Position numbers and translations under genes: made by a program. From Eledone cirrhosa (Eukaryota), in contig OZ024742.1 of NCBI GenBank assembly GCA_964016885.1, forward strand, positions 116,560,001-116,624,000: DNA of 64,000 bases, in the 5' to 3' direction. Of the stretch, positions 14,141-27,836 are shown piece by piece; the first letter of the stretch is position 1; the number at the start of each line of letters is the position of its first letter. The notes beneath the pieces were generated by a model. It was not told the origin of the DNA. It searched no databases and was given only the letters and a program-made list of their open reading frames with translations.

Positions 14141-14929
14141 ATATATAAAGACATGTTATTAATGATGTTTAAACTTACTTTCTGCTGCTTTCGCTTTTCA
14201 TTTTTGAGAAGTAATTGGGAGACATTTTGTCGCTTAAAACTTCCGTGTCGTTTTTAACATACTGAAGTGAACTTTATTAAGTTATAATAGGTATTACACT
14301 GATTTGGATAAGCAGTTGTACGAAATATTACGCTTACTCTTTTTCATCTCTATTTTAATATATTTAATATATTCATTCTGAAATTGTTTTTCAAATTATA
14401 TTTTTCAGTTCATATGTAGATTAAAGAAAAATTGAAATAGTAATTAATATACACATGAAACATGATCATATTTTACTTTTTCCAAGATGTTTTGTATAAT
14501 TACTATTTGTGAATCTGTTGGTAGTCTGCATAAATTATTTAGTGAGTTTGAGATAAGTCCATTTATCGTGGCGAGAAAAGAAATGCTGACGTCTGAAGAT
14601 TGTATCTTTGAATGAAAGAAAAGAGATGTTGATTCTTCAACATTTCTTTTCTCTTCGAGGAAAGGTCAATCTAAAATAAAGGGAAAAAGTAGCATTCACT
14701 TTTTCTCAAGGGTATACAAACTTATGCCAAGCAACACAATATCAAAATTGCATTTCAAAGCTGTCAAATCTCCCTATTGCACAAAATTGAAGAGGCGAAA
14801 TAAAGCCAAAAGATTGAATCCACTGTCACCTTTTCTTTGTAAAATTGCGTGTGTGTGTGTGCATGCGCGCACACACGCACACACACACACTATGCACTGT
14901 AGTTTCTGAGAAAAACATTTTTATTTAGT

Positions 14930-15480
14930 TCATAGAATATGCCGTATGCTAAGATGCAGAAATATAACTGTGAATACAGTCGGTTGCTCTAAATAGCTAT
15001 AAAAACCTATTTATAGCGACTAACTCTATTTGCAGTTATTTTTATTGTATTATTTTTATTTTTATATTTTTTTAGCATCTCAGCAAGCTGCATTTTCTAT
15101 GAACTTCATTATCTCTCAATGCTTTGAGAGTTCGAAAGCTTGAACTTTGCATACAATGTTTGTTTTATTTTCAATGTTGTTTGATTCAGCTTTCTAATTT
15201 AGACAGTAATTGGTGTCCCTTAGCTCAATAACTAGAGCACGCAGCCAGTATCTGAGCAATATGAGTTTTGATTTCTTATAGCTGCGACTGAAAGCATTTT
15301 ACCGTCTATAAGGGGTATTTACCCGATTTTGTAAAGCTGTTTATAGCAACCGACTCTATTTAGTTATTTTTCTACATCGGAGCACACTACATTTTCAAAT
15401 CTTCATAATCTCTCAACGTTTCGAAAGTTCGAACTTTCCTTACGATGTTTGCTTACATTTTTATTATTTATGTCGATTTT
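14930..15480. repeat. Compound inverted plus direct repeat (foldback/MITE-like)
   Basis: 14959-14998 is inverted relative to 15335-15372; 15009-15185 and 15335-15480 are diverged direct copies. Confidence 0.55.
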
Positions 15481-16310
15481 AACTAATATAATTAAATCCT
15501 TTGGTGGCATATGACCAGTGTAAACATATTTTCCAACTAAGTCTTACGTGCTTAATACAAAAGGTACCCATATGAGAAAGTTATTATCATTTATATGAAA
15601 ACCCGAGTGGATACTCACATTCATTATTCTCCCTCGTATGAATACACTTTCTGTGATATAACATGGCTTTGTGTTTATATGTAAACATGTATATTCATAA
15701 AGCCATAGGGCGTGTAATACTATATATTAACTAAACATAAATCACATTTGTTGTTTATTCCTAGATCAGCTCTGGTCATGGTGACCTATGATTAAATGCG
15801 TTGCAACAGAGACTATAACTCTAAAATTGTTTTGTTTGCTTTTGTTGTTTTACATTATCCATTATATCATTATTGTTGCAGTATTGATTACAGCAAAATA
15901 TCGTTACTATTTTAGCTGATCAAATGATCATTTAGAGCATTGATTGTGAAAATGTAGCGCAAGCATTACTGAGCTGCTATTCAAATATTTTGAGGTAGCA
16001 CAAGTACCACTGAGGTACTATTCAAATATTTTGAGGACTATTTTCTAAATGTTGAATTAATATCTCATTTAAAGGAAACCTATTTTAATATTGAGGACAA
16101 TATCATTTTTTTAGATGTCGTGATGGAACATAGAGCAAAGAACATTAAGAACCTCTGACATAGTTTCTAGCGATGGCCTGTTGTATAATTATGGTATATG
16201 TTATTCTTCATAAAGCGTTAATATAAAAATACCGAAACTACATGTAAATTTGAACATCACGAAATGTTGTGATACAACCTTCTGCAGTAGCAAACTGTTG
16301 TGTGTCTATA

Positions 16311-16362
<52 letters not shown>

Positions 16363-16539
16363 AAATTATGCACTACTTCCTTATGTCTGTCTGCCAACTT
16401 CTTTGGATTTTTTTTCTTTCTGCTTTCATTTTATATTTCACTCGATTAATTTTTCTGATATACTTATAGCGTATTTAGTAATTCGTTATGTATGTGCGTG
16501 CGCGCACCGTTGTGTTTTGTGTGTGCCTGTGCATTCATA

Positions 16540-16583
<44 letters not shown>

Positions 16584-16710
16584 CTATAGCCATAAATGCA
16601 CAACACCATCTAGAACATATTTTCTTTCACTTTTTATCCCCCATTATGTTTTCTTGTATCTAAATTGTCTTCAATTACGCCTGGCTTTTTTTCTCTATCT
16701 TAGTCTCCTA

Positions 16711-16747
<37 letters not shown>

Positions 16748-17138
16748 GAGACCTTCCCACTTTAAACGTATTTTTGTTATTGTTACAGATATATGAATGT
16801 GTGTGGGTATATATATATATTAATATATAAATCTTACATGTTCATTTGATAATTTCTTATTTCGGCTCAATTTATCTCCATTGCACTTTATTATGTATAG
16901 TGTCTCCACTTCACATACTTCAGACTGTACAGGTTGGCCATTAAATATCTTAATAATATCCACTCTCTCTTTCTCTCTCCTTCATATTCTGCAATTTTGC
17001 TTAATGTCTATACTCACTGAGCAATTTTTTTCTCTCTTGCAGTTCTGTACGCCCCGATTAATCTCTATGTACGAATTACTGATTGTTATACCTATATACA
17101 TGCTTACATACACACAGACACACACATATCTATATGTG

Positions 17139-17173
<35 letters not shown>

Positions 17174-17194
17174 TCTCATTTTTGTGTTACAGCC

Positions 17195-17548
17195 GAGTTG
17201 CTGAGGACATGCTGGGGCCCTGCCATTGACACTACATTTTCTATAGCCAGCCAGTTTCTAGCTGCCGCCATTATAAGTGTGCTGTGGGTTCATCTGTGAT
17301 CTTGGTTAGCGTTTGAATATCAGGCTATTGAAGTATCTTGTCGTTATTCTTGATGTGAAGGGTGGGACATGTAGCAGTACACTGTGGCATCTTGTTTGAG
17401 GGTTGGCACAGCTAGATATTCTATGCGTATATAACTACATATCCGTCTCGTCTTCCCTCCAGCCAATTTAACTTTAGTTCTTTAACCCTCTCCCAGTCAC
17501 TCATCTTCTTCATTGAGATCATTGATGTAACTTCGTTGGAATTCTTCA
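17195..17548 (-). mobile_element. CR1-clade LINE 3' fragment
   Basis: Minus-strand translation EEFQRSY..SMKKMSDWERVKELKLNWLEGRRDGYVVIYA resembles the CR1 C-terminal pattern YWERLK.L.L.SLERRR. Confidence 0.7.
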
Positions 17549-17716
17549 TGTATATACATACATACATAAAACAACACAGAGCATTTTAACCCATCAATCG
17601 CCAGGCCTGAGTACAGGAAGAATCGACTCGAAAGGATGAAAGGTTAGGGTTGAACTCCAGGAGCCGGATCGAATGCCATGAAGCATTCTACCGACTGTTA
17701 ATTCGTCGCCTATTCA

Positions 17717-17771
<55 letters not shown>

Positions 17772-17889
17772 ATGTATGTATGCATATATTATATCCATGT
17801 CTACTCTCAATGTAATTATCTATCTATGTATCACTCTCTCACGAAATATATATACATGTGCGTATATGTATATATAGATGTATGTATGT

Positions 17890-20404
17890 ATCATCTTCAT
17901 CATCACCGTTTTACGTCGGTTCTTCCATGCTAACGTGGGTTAGACGGGTTGTCCTGTTGTGGGCAGTGTCTGGTCGGCTGATCATGCCTTGCTCATACAG
18001 GAACTGATTTTGGCTGGATTTCTACAGCTGGATGACCTTCCTGACACGAACCTCATTTACAGTGAATGCTGGGTACTTTTTCCGTGGCGCCTACACGTCC
18101 ACTTTACAGTGTGGGCTGGGTGCTTTTATGCGGTGGCAACACCACGACCACTTTGCAGTGGGAGGGGGTGGGGCATATTATCTATATGCTTCAGCTTCGG
18201 CTTGTACCCATGGGAGGTCGGGTACTCGGTATTATTGCGTGACGCCAGAGGTCACGGTCGTGTGTCTTCGCCTTTGAGAGGTGTAATTGGGTAAGGTCGG
18301 CTTTTATCACCTCATCCCAGGTCTTCCTGTGTCTCCCCACTCCGCGGTTTCCATTGACTTCTAGTGCTCTGCACCTTTTTATGCAGCTGTCATCCTTCAT
18401 ACGCATCACATGTCCATACCAACGCAACCGCCTCTCCAGCACACAGCATTTGATTCCTCTTATGCTCCGTCTCTCTCTCAATTCTTTTATTCTTTGCCGT
18501 TCGCGTATTACATATCCATCGGAGCATGCAGGCTTCGTTTCTTTCTAATCTACGTAAGTCTTCCACCTTCAGCGCCCAGGTCTCACTGTCATGTAACATT
18601 GCTGTTCGTATACACGCATCATACAGTCTGCCTTTCATTTTGAGGGAAAAGCCTTTTGCAGCTAGCAGTGGCAGTAGCTCCCTGAACTTCTTCCATCCCG
18701 TTGTTACCCTAGTTATTGTACTTTCTGAACACCCACCTCCGCTGCTAATTCGGTCACCTAGGTAGCAGAAGCTGTCTACTGTTTCTACAGAGCCCTCCCA
18801 GAGATTGGTGGAACTTGTTTCCTGTGGCTGTTTGCTGCTTGCTGTCCCAGCACAGCTACTACATGTGAAGTCTACATTCTTAATTAAGCTTCCTGAGATC
18901 CGGCTACATCTCTTGTGTACCCATTGTTTGCATTTGGGGCAGAGAATATGCATTTGGAGCAGAGTTCCTACCTACACCTTTCCTACAATACTGAGCAAGG
19001 CCATTTCCCTGAGGGGATCTGGGTTCTGTTTTCTCGTCTACTTACAATGACCTTAGTCTTGTCAGGTTGACTTTGAGACCCTTTCTTTCTAGTCCCTGCT
19101 TCTAAGTTTAGAATTTCTTTTCTAGTTCTACCATAGATTCAGCTATAAGTGCGAGGTCATCTGCGTACAGGAGTTCCCATGGGCATCCAGTATTAAACTC
19201 CTCCGTTATTGCCTGCGGGACTATGATGAACAGGACAGGTCTAAGAACAGAGCCTTGGTGGACACCGACCTGTACGCTAAATTCCTCGCTATACTCATTG
19301 CTAATCCTAACTTTGCTGACTTCCCCCCTATACATGGCTTGTACAGCTTTCACAAGCCATTCATCTACTCCTAGTTTTCTAAGAGCCCACCAGATTATAG
19401 CACGTGGAACTTTGTTAAAGACTTTCTCGAGAACGACGAATGCCAGGTAGAGTGGCTTACTTTTAGCTAGGTACTTTTCCTGTAACTGCCTCACAAGGAA
19501 GAGGACATCAGTGGTGCCTCTTCCTGGTACAAACCCAAATTGCATCTCATCTAGTTTCACCCGGTCCCTAATCAACTATGCTATAATTCTTTCTCTTACT
19601 TTCATGACCTGGTCCATCAGCTTTATACCTCCATAGTTTCCTCTATCTAGTGCATGACCTTTACCTTTGTAGCAGTTGACAATGATGCTACTGCACCAAT
19701 CTTTTGGTATAACACCTAGTATTACCTGGTTAACAATACATGTGGTTATAGTGTGACCTACAGACCCAGATGCCTTCAGCATCTCGGCAGCTATACCCGA
19801 TGGACCGGTTGCCTTCCCCATCTTCATATCTTTTATTGCCTTACTTACTACGCTGCTGGTGACTTGTACTGCTGGCCCCTCTATAAGGTCTACTTGGGGT
19901 AGGGTCTCTTCTTCCCATGCATTCTCCTCATTTAGTAATCTATCATAATGGCTCTTCCATGCATCTTTCTTCTCAGCACTTGTGAGGGCAAGCTCACCTT
20001 TATCATTCCGGAAACATTTCCCTCCAATGATATCACAATTCTCTCTGACACACTGCCTCGCAATCTTGAACACCTCCTGTTTCTGGTCCTCACGTTGCAA
20101 AATATGCTTGAGTTTTCTATCCTCTGCTTCCTTCCTAGCTAAGTATACATGTCGCCTTGCTTCCCTCCTGGTTTCTATGTAATGTACCCTGCTTCCCCCG
20201 TTCTTCCATTCTTTCCATGCCTGTCTCTTGGCCTTGACTTCCTCATCTACCTTATTGTTCCAATACCAAGTCACTCTCCTGCTGCATGTCGTCTTACTCC
20301 AGGCATAGATCTCATCCATCGCCTCTACTAAGTTATTTTTTAGGAACTCCCAGTGCTCTTCTACATTGAATATCTCTATCTGTTCTTCTCTACTGTCGTA
20401 GGTG
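17890..20404 (-). mobile_element. 5'-truncated RTE-clade LINE (RT + PHD finger + 3' UTR), pseudogenised
   Basis: ORF pieces 19576-20319, 19108-19575 (QFGFVPGRGTTD, GVHQGSVL, LLYADDL), 18390-18953 and 18191-18481 (RRLRWYGHVMRM); 3' UTR 17890-18190 ends in gacgtaaaacggtgatgatgaagatga. Confidence 0.93.
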
Positions 20405-20507
20405 ATGTATATATATGTATGTATATATGTGTGTGTATGTATGTATATATATGCATGTATATGTATGTATATGTATATGTATATATATATGTATGTATGT
20501 ATTTATG

Positions 20508-20568
<61 letters not shown>

Positions 20569-20573
20569 GTACG

Positions 20574-20606
<33 letters not shown>

Positions 20607-20661
20607 ATATATATATATGTATATATATATATGTGTGTGTATATATATATATGTATATATA

Positions 20662-20754
<93 letters not shown>

Positions 20755-20849
20755 GTATGTATGTGTATATATATATATTTATATGTATGTGTATATATAT
20801 ATATTTATATGTATGTATGTGTATATATATATATTTATATGTATGCATG

Positions 20850-20880
<31 letters not shown>

Positions 20881-21968
20881 GTATATATGTATATATATAT
20901 ATATATATATTTATGTATTTATGTGTATATATATATATATTTATATGTATGTATGTGTATATATATATATTTATATGTATGTATGTATGTGTATATATAT
21001 ATATATATTTATATGTATGTATGTGTATATATATATTTATATGTATGTATGTATGTATATATATATATGTATGTATGCGTATATATATATACATATATGT
21101 ATGTATGGATATATATATATTTATATGTATGTATGGGTATATATATATTTATATATATGTATGCGTATATATATATATATGTGTATATATTTATATATAT
21201 TTATATATATGTATGTGTACATATATATATTTATATATATGTATGTGTATATATATACATTTATATGTATATGTATGTGTACATATATATATTTATATAT
21301 ATATATGTATGCGTATATATATATATTTATTTATATATATATATGTATGCGTATATATATATGTATGCGCATATATTTATTTATATATATATATGTATGC
21401 GTATATATATGTTTATTTATATATATATATATGTATGCGTATATATATATTTATTTATATATATATATGTATGCGCATATATATATTTTTATATATATAT
21501 ATTTATATGTATAGGCAAATATATATATTTACATATGTATGCATGCGCATATATATATATTTATATATATGTATGCATGCGCATATATATATATTTATAT
21601 ATATATATATATATGTATGTGCATATATATATATTTATTTATATATGTATGTGCATATATATATATTTATATATATATATGTATGCACATATATATATAT
21701 TTATATATATATATATATATATATGCGCATATATATATATTCATATATATATATATATGTATATATAATAAAGGGAGAGAGAAACACAGATATATACATA
21801 TATGCGTTCAGATCATATATGTATGTACGTATGTATGTATAAATATATATTTATATGTAAATGAATATATATATATGTGTATGTATGCATGTGTATAGAG
21901 GGATATATATATATACATACGTATATTCATATAAGTATATATATTTATGTGCGTGTCAGTGTATAGAG

Positions 21969-22009
<41 letters not shown>

Positions 22010-22140
22010 TATATGTATGTATATATATATATATACGTGTGTGTGTGTTCCTATATACAACCATATATGTATGTATATATTCTTATATATATATAAATAT
22101 ATTCATTTATTATCCGTGTGTGTATAGACATATATTCCTA
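20404..22140. repeat. ~1.7-kb compound (TA)n/(TATG)n microsatellite
   Basis: Directly visible; source of the YI-rich spurious ORFs. Confidence 0.95.
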
Positions 22141-23432
22141 TATGTATGCATATCTTTTGCCCTTTCCTTCTTTAACCAATTATTTTTATTTCGTCTATCA
22201 TCACATGTAATCCACTCTATCCATTATTACCCCTCTCGTAAATCCATCCCCTCTTTGTCCTCAGAGGTTTTAGTTTATAGAAACTTAGTTTGTTCATTGC
22301 ATTTCAAGAAAAACCTGGAGATATAATAATTCTGCATGATACTTTTATGGCCGTCTGCGATAATTGTATGCTTTTCTTATATAATCGAATTTTTCTTCCT
22401 CTATAAAATAGCTTTTAAACGTATAGAGTGATCTCAATCATTTAGTGTTGAGTTCTTTCTATATAATGTTTATATTTGAAAAATGGCTCATGAGAAAAGA
22501 AGAATTTCGTTTTAAAACTCGTATTACTTTCCCTTGCATGAACAAGTAATATACTGTCTATACTTCCATAGCTTTATATAAGTCTTCTCTCATATTGAAT
22601 CTCTCTTTTAATATATATTTCCCAGTAGTAGCTTAATAATCAATAGGTTTATGTATCTCAATCGATTACGTTCTTTAGAAGAGGAAGTAATCAGATGATT
22701 TGAATCTTGGTGTAAATGGTGAGGAAATTTTCTTGAATAATATAAAATTGATCTTTCGCATTGTAGTTTCTCAAACGTCCACAATTTAAGAGGATTTTGT
22801 TGTTTCACTCTAAATATTATATCAACAACAGGGTCCAAATAGTCTATTGAATAGGTTTTCTGAATGCATCCTCCAAACTTTATTTATTTTACTTACAAAA
22901 TATATAAATAATAAGTTTCGACATTGGAATACTGAAGAAGTACTTTTAATGGATGATTAGAAAATTTTACGTTATAAAATCCATTTTTTGTTCTTCTATC
23001 TTTTGGCAACTATTAAGATTATGACTAAAATCCTTTTAGTGTGTCAATAATTTTTCTTAACCAAACTCACTGGCAAGTTTTGTAGAGCTGATAGGAATCT
23101 CTGATGCCACAATGGTTCAATTCTTTGTTGATAAAATTAATGTCTATATATATATATATTTTGGCTTTATTTCAAATATAATGTGTTAGTATAAATATAT
23201 ATTATATATTTGTTTTCTCATCGGTAACTTCAGTCAGGAAATGAAACCAGAATTAAGTGCCTGCTAGTATGTGTGCATGTGTATAGCAATTTTGCATATT
23301 TGTAAATAGATTTAGTAAAAGGTTTTAATCGACATGCGTTAGGTATTGAGTACCCTGTATTCAATAATGGCAACATCTGTTTCACCAACTTATTTTCATC
23401 ATGTATACATATGTGTTTGTGTGAGTACACTC

Positions 23433-23489
<57 letters not shown>

Positions 23490-23529
23490 GAAACATAAGT
23501 CAATTGCATGAACTCATAATCCTTTATTT

Positions 23530-23585
23530 ACTGCAATATATATTTCGATGATAGCCATTGAGTGGCTATGACCTCATCAGGCAGT
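23530..23585 (-). ncRNA. Type I minimal hammerhead ribozyme (PLE-type)
   Basis: Minus strand: actgc CTGATGA ggtcatagcca-ctcaa-tggctatcatc GAAA tatata TT gcagt; full catalytic core, stems I and II, palindromic stem III. Confidence 0.8.
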
Positions 23586-23721
23586 TAGTCAGTTCTTAGA
23601 TATGCCAGCTCTGTGTTTATGGTGTTGATATATACATACATACACAAATATATATACAAATATATATATATAATTATATATACATATACATATACATATA
23701 TATACAAACATATATACATAC

Positions 23722-23788
<67 letters not shown>

Positions 23789-25164
23789 TTAAAATTATTG
23801 ACTAATCAAGGTTGTGTGTGCAACACACCAGCCAGTGAATAATGATGCAATTATATTGAAGCACCAAGCATCATGAGTATTTTTCCAAATATGACATGGT
23901 TCTTCATTTATACGTTCAATAGTAATAATTGTGATGGTCATATGTTTGATTGAACTGACAAATTTGTTGTTCTCATTCTTGAGGTCCGTTCCATTGTTTA
24001 TTTTACTCTACAGTTGGGTGCAGACTTCGAAGAAGGGGTTTTATTGACTCTCACCCATCTCCCAACCTCTGTAACTAGTTTAAACTATCAGGACAATTCT
24101 ATCATATATATATATCAGAACCCTCTTTCCACTACAGTTGGTGAGTTATTTCAGCTTACTATAGCAACTGCAGATTTCAATTCAGCCTAAAAAAAACATA
24201 TGTATAAAGTTTTCTTGTAAAATAAATATACACAGATGTTTGTGAATATTTGTCCATGGGTGTAGATAATCATGTAAGGGAAAAAGAAACAAACATCCAC
24301 CTTCTTACTTATCAAAGCAACAACTAATGGAATAGAAATAAAGCTAACTGTTCATATATAACAGATGCTAAATACATCATATATGCTTATTTTTCCTTCT
24401 TAGTTTAACCAGTGTGTTTGAGAGATAGGCAGAAAGACCTGTGTGATTTCTCTGTCAAATCTCCATAAGAAGTCGGTTGATAATAAGTAATGTTTAAGAA
24501 ACTTAAGAAAAAAAGGAAATCCATCAACTAAGATGTGATGAGCTAACAAGTGAGTTAGCAAGTTTAGCATGTGTATGCCCCTTCTCCAGCAGCAACCTGG
24601 TGCATTTGGAGAGAGACAGTTTTTTTTTTATCCAACTCACATCCAAAAATGTATTCTAGCAACATAAATTTTAAAAAGCCGATAGTACAAACATCTAGAT
24701 TCATTCAGCCATCCTATTTTATGTAATGTTTTATAAAATGAAAAAAGGTAATTACATCCATCACACCAAAACCAATATGTGATGAATTAACAGGAGAGTC
24801 GGTATGTTTGGCATGGGGATTCCATGACTTGGAGATACAGTTCTGCCTGCTTTCAACCTGATATTTTGTTGTCTCTTTACATTCTCAGTTCAAATTCTCT
24901 CCTCAGTTGGATTTGCTTATCATTCATTCAACATCACTTCACTATTTTAATGCCACCTCACATAAAACTTCGCATTTTAATGTTGTTTTATTCCATCATG
25001 ATTTTATATAAAAAAAATTCTTCCGAGATAATGTTCCTAATGAAAAATTTAGTAATTTTAATAAATTTCTGCATTCAATTTATTTTAAAAATTAAATGAA
25101 ACACTGGTACTGTATTTATTAGAAATATTATAACAAATGGGTTAAATGTGAAGTTACATGGTAG

Positions 25165-25515
25165 TGAGAAATGGACTTTGAATGCAGCAGGTGTTTGAAA
25201 TCTAGAAATAAATAAATAAAAGCTTCTTGGATGAGTAATGTTAGTATGAATAAACAGTGAACTACAGATCAGCTGAAAGAAATACTGGACATAAGATGAA
25301 TCAGATGTAGAATGCCAAATAGATTAAACTGGTATGATCACATTATGCATCTGGAAGATGATCACTGGATGGATACATAGCAGAAGTGGTGAAAATTGAT
25401 CTCAGATTAAGATGTCAAAGGAAACAATTACTGACAAGAACAATGTGTGTCAGAGTACTCATCTACCCCAAGCAATCAGGTAAAACAGACATGGAAGTGA
25501 CAATGATGGTGATGA
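25165..25515 (+). mobile_element. Old RTE LINE 3' fragment
   Basis: agattaaactggtatgatcacattatgcatctggaagatgat translates RLNWYDHIMHLEDD; ends in a (GAT)-rich tail. Confidence 0.6.
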
Positions 25516-25784
25516 AACATGAAGTTAATTAGATTGAAATCATCTGTCTCATAAAGTCTAAACCATTAGTCACTTATATCACTGGGAATGTTTGTCTATA
25601 ATATATCTTCTTTCACTAAAAGTTAAAATCAAAAAAAACTTGAGTGTTTAAATCAAAATACCCCCCCCCCCCTCCACCCCCACCTCTCTCTCTTGAAATG
25701 TTCATACATATAACATGTAAGCTAAATAAACTCTCTTGCAATAGAATGAGCATTGTTTTCCTTGATCTTTTCTCTACGAACAGC

Positions 25785-25840
<56 letters not shown>

Positions 25841-25848
<8 letters not shown>

Positions 25849-26262
25849 ATACTTTGGGAGGGTCATGTTGCCAATAAGAAACACACGCACCAGTTGCTTT
25901 CACTTCAATTTAATTTATTAAATATTTATAAATTTACAAATTTATAAATTTCTGGCGTAGGATAGAAGAAAGGAAAGGCACAGAAACGAAGAAAGAAATC
26001 CCCAGTCACTGAAGAGGTCACAGAGTGTGTGACGAAAGAACTATGACTATATATATATAAACAACTATCTGGTTGTGGAACCAACCAACCAACCAGAAAT
26101 TTATAAATTTGTAAATTTATAAATATTTAATAAATTAAATTGAAGTGAAAGCAACTGGTGCGTGTGTTTCTTATTGGCAACATGACCCTCCCAAAGTATA
26201 ACAATATCGGTTTCAACACACGATTTCAGATAAAGAATCTTGCTAAACAAATTCAGAAACGA

Positions 26263-26265
<3 letters not shown>
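25841..26265 (+). mobile_element. PLE-type terminal fragment with 115-bp inverted repeat and hammerhead-like motif
   Basis: Arms 25841-25955 and 26093-26207 appear to be exact reverse complements; hammerhead-like motif at 26004-26048; both flanks are (TA)n. Confidence 0.75.
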
Positions 26266-26936
<671 letters not shown>

Positions 26937-27800
26937 TATATATGTGTGCGTGTGTGTCCTCCATATACATATAAGTCTTGAATTCAACAAGGGGTAACCA
27001 CAATAAGCAAGGTACTCAATACATTAGTAGAGTGTATATAACAAATTTAATATAGTCCTGTAGAAGCTATTTCTGTAGTATGTGTATATATATATATATA
27101 TATATGTGTGTCTGTTGTATATATAAACCTGACTATGTGCCATTTTACCAACAGCTTCTAAGTTCTGATTGGTAGATAGATATATTGATGATGAATAAAT
27201 AAAAATTGATAATTTTATACAAACATTATATTAAGTTTAAGATTTTCAATCATACCTACAGTCTTTCCATGTTAATTATTGATCTTACATGGAGGAATTT
27301 GTAGCTGATAAAAGTTGAATTTATTTCATCATTATTTAATTGCTCTAAGTAAATATTAATTTACCACTAGCAACACAGTCTTTTATTAGATTAGATTAGA
27401 TTAGATTTTTATATCGATTGTTTTGCATTTAAGCAAATCAATTTTAAAGAAGAATAAAACAATTTCAGACATATTGTCTATTAATTTTTAAACATTGGAA
27501 AAATATTTTCGTTTTACATATATAGATATATACATACTTATGTATATACATACATAAGTATTTATGTATGTGTTTACATGTGTATACATACATTCGTTCA
27601 CACACATACATATGCATATATTAATGCACAAATACACTCATGTGTATATATTTGCATATGCACATTTGTATGCACATAATTATACATAGTTATACATACA
27701 TATATAAACATATAAATTAAAATAAATGTTCATTTCATTGTTTAAAACAATTGCAATTTATTTTACATGTTTGTATCTATTTGTATATGTTTGTTTATAA

Positions 27801-27836
27801 TTTTATGTTTATTTTCTATTTCCTTTTCAGGTAAGT
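27801..27836 (+). other. Candidate recursive splice site (3' splice site immediately followed by a 5' splice site)
   Basis: ttttatgtttattttctatttccttttcAG|GTAAGT, junction at 27830/27831. Confidence 0.55.

Noticed and set aside
15969-16040. Duplicated ctattcaaatattttgagg, superficially CRISPR-like
   Set aside because: Only two copies, eukaryotic context and no cas genes; a simple local duplication
20353-21842. ORFs of 370-475 aa rich in Y/I/M/C/V (also 26101-26677, 41838-42462 and 57997-59021)
   Set aside because: Translations of TA/TG microsatellites that lack stop codons; not proteins
22340-23130. Possible minus-strand hAT transposase remnant
   Set aside because: Only vague motif echoes (EDAFR, FSNINI); cannot be supported without a profile search
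27385-27406. (TTAGA)4 telomere-like repeat
   Set aside because: Too short and not TTAGGG; ordinary pentanucleotide microsatellite
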